From Candidatus Eiseniibacteriota bacterium (lineage in GTDB: Bacteria; Eisenbacteria; RBG-16-71-46; CAIMUX01; JAHJDP01): 64,000 nucleotides of DNA. The stretch covers positions 4,758 to 68,757 of the forward strand of contig JAHJDP010000104.1 of the NCBI GenBank assembly GCA_018831195.1, read 5' to 3'. Each line of letters starts with the position of its first letter. Position 1 is the first letter of the stretch. Made by a program: the position numbers and the translations under genes. Below the pieces are notes generated by a model, which searched no databases, had not been told where the DNA came from, and saw only the letters and a list, made by a program, of their open reading frames with translations. Shown here piece after piece: positions 62,978 to 64,000 of the stretch.

Positions 62978-63144
62978 TAATTACGTGCGAGCTAAGGAGT
63001 GGGGCCGCGTCGGGGAGACCCGAGGCCCAAGGTCCAACCGACGCACCTTGCTGGGGGTTTGTCCACCAGCATCTTTAGAGACGGGGAAGCATCTCTCGGA
63101 GAGGCAACCTCACAGCAGCGAAAACAACCTCGGAGGTTCAACGG

Positions 63145-63705
63145 ATGAAAAGTATACTCTTTTTGAGTCTCGTACTGGTTCTTGCTGGCTCAATGGCTCA
63201 GGCCGATGTGCCGGATCCTCAGTATTGCGAAGTCGCTCCCTGGGATGCTTGGGGGCAGGCGTTCGTGACACCTGGCCAGCAGAGCAATGCTGATGAGATT
63301 ACGATCACAGTGCACAACAATGCTGACCTGCCCATCGATGGAGCCGACGTGGAGCTCGATTTCTCCGGTTGCGCTAATCGGTGTGAGGGTACGGTTGGTT
63401 TGACCGGGCAGACCGGTGGGACCGGTACTCTGGTTCTCAATCCGGCGATGGGTGGATGCGAAGATTGCACCGTCATCGTTCGCGCGAATGGCGTCACCAT
63501 TGCAACCTATACCCGTATGGTCTCGACTGACTGGAACGGCGCGGCTTGCGGTGGTGCTGCCGGACCCGTGGCTTTGGCATTCTTCGCGGCCGCTTTTAAC
63601 ACGGGCAGCGGAACCTGCGCAAGCTATCTCGTTTATGATGGGAATCCTGGTCCCGGAGATCTTGGCAAGTTCGCGAACTCCTTCAACTCGGGTGATGCCA
63701 ACTAG
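63145..63705 (+). CDS. hypothetical secreted Cys-rich protein
   Basis: 186 aa with GGAGG 8 nt upstream and the signal peptide MKSILFLSLVLVLAGSMAQA. It has 8 Cys. The C-terminus has two D.NG...........F..(A/S)FN-like segments. Confidence 0.55.
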   Translation: MKSILFLSLVLVLAGSMAQADVPDPQYCEVAPWDAWGQAFVTPGQQSNADEITITVHNNADLPIDGADVELDFSGCANRCEGTVGLTGQTGGTGTLVLNPAMGGCEDCTVIVRANGVTIATYTRMVSTDWNGAACGGAAGPVALAFFAAAFNTGSGTCASYLVYDGNPGPGDLGKFANSFNSGDAN

Positions 63706-63981
63706 GCCACTCATTCCAAGTTGATATTGATTCGATGTCATCATCGGTTCGGCTCCTCCTGACGGGAGCCGGACCATGACACCGGAAGTTGGAACAGTTT
63801 CTGTAGGAGGTCCCTGTACGGGACGACAAAGAGTCGTACATCACCTGATCCTGGTAGGACTGACGAGACAAACGGGTGGATGTGTGGAAGTGAAGGAAGC
63901 GCTCCGAAAGGGGTATGGGAAGGCTTCCGAAACACAACGATTAGGTGAGACACGATGAAGTCCTTTAAGGAGGTTCAACAC

Positions 63982-64000
63982 ATGAGAAGACTACTACTGG
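63982..64000 (+). CDS. 5' end of an unidentified gene (truncated by the window edge)
   Basis: AAGGAGGTTCAACAC then ATG AGA AGA CTA CTA CTG. The RBS block GGAGGTTCAAC is identical to the one before the 63145 gene. Confidence 0.3.

Noticed and set aside
62949-63293. 114-aa ORF overlapping the promoter, leader and 5' end of the 63145 gene
   Set aside because: It starts at the -35 hexamer itself, has no RBS, and overlaps a signal-peptide gene that has a good SD out of frame.
62128-64000. Genomic island integrated at tRNA-Val
   Set aside because: No integrase, and no direct repeat of the tRNA 3' end, is visible in the remaining 1.8 kb. The shared GGTTCAAC between the tRNA T-arm and the two RBS blocks is too short to count as an att site. 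The question stays open because the window ends.

Overview
A 64-kb, visibly GC-rich chromosomal segment (GC not computed) from a diderm bacterium. It is mostly housekeeping, and I found no single clear-cut novel system.

Evidence for a diderm: TolB, Pal and CpoB, a TonB/TolA-like protein, LspA and lipobox lipoproteins, and a complete complex I. Several secreted proteins end in an FlgD-Ig/T9SS-like C-terminal domain. To me this suggests an uncultivated FCB-group-like lineage, but that is inference only.

About 60 tightly packed CDS, by position:
- 29.7-43.9 kb: a complete nuoA-B-CD-E-F-G-H-I-J-K-L-M-N operon.
- 3.4-17.5 kb: an IcmA-like acyl-CoA mutase with ACT and ArfB-like genes, pdxR-pdxS-pdxT, mutY, ispH, era, and a Cas4-like Fe-S nuclease.
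- 20.6-25.8 kb: an MRB1590-like ABC-class ATPase followed by tolA-like, tolB, pal and cpoB.
- 54.5-61.7 kb: divIVA, PNP, a dksA-like gene, lspA, rluD, a STAS/RsbW pair, ruvX, mltG and larE.
- 62128-62201: one tRNA-Val(UAC).

I saw no rRNA, CRISPR array, transposase, integrase or phage genes.

The less ordinary parts:
1. A lipoprotein consisting only of the SecD periplasmic P1 domain, coupled to a 568-aa unknown protein (26.7-29.6 kb).
2. The ABC-class ATPase sitting where tolQR normally precede tolA.
3. The Cas4-like nuclease in the recO slot after era.
4. An exoprotein/rhomboid neighbourhood (45.3-53.2 kb) whose members share a C-terminal sorting-like domain with a distant FG-GAP protein.
5. 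A three-cysteine LarE with no other lar genes in the window.
6. A set of small secreted-protein genes after the tRNA, two of which share an identical ribosome-binding block.

All family assignments come from motif recognition by eye. No database search was run.
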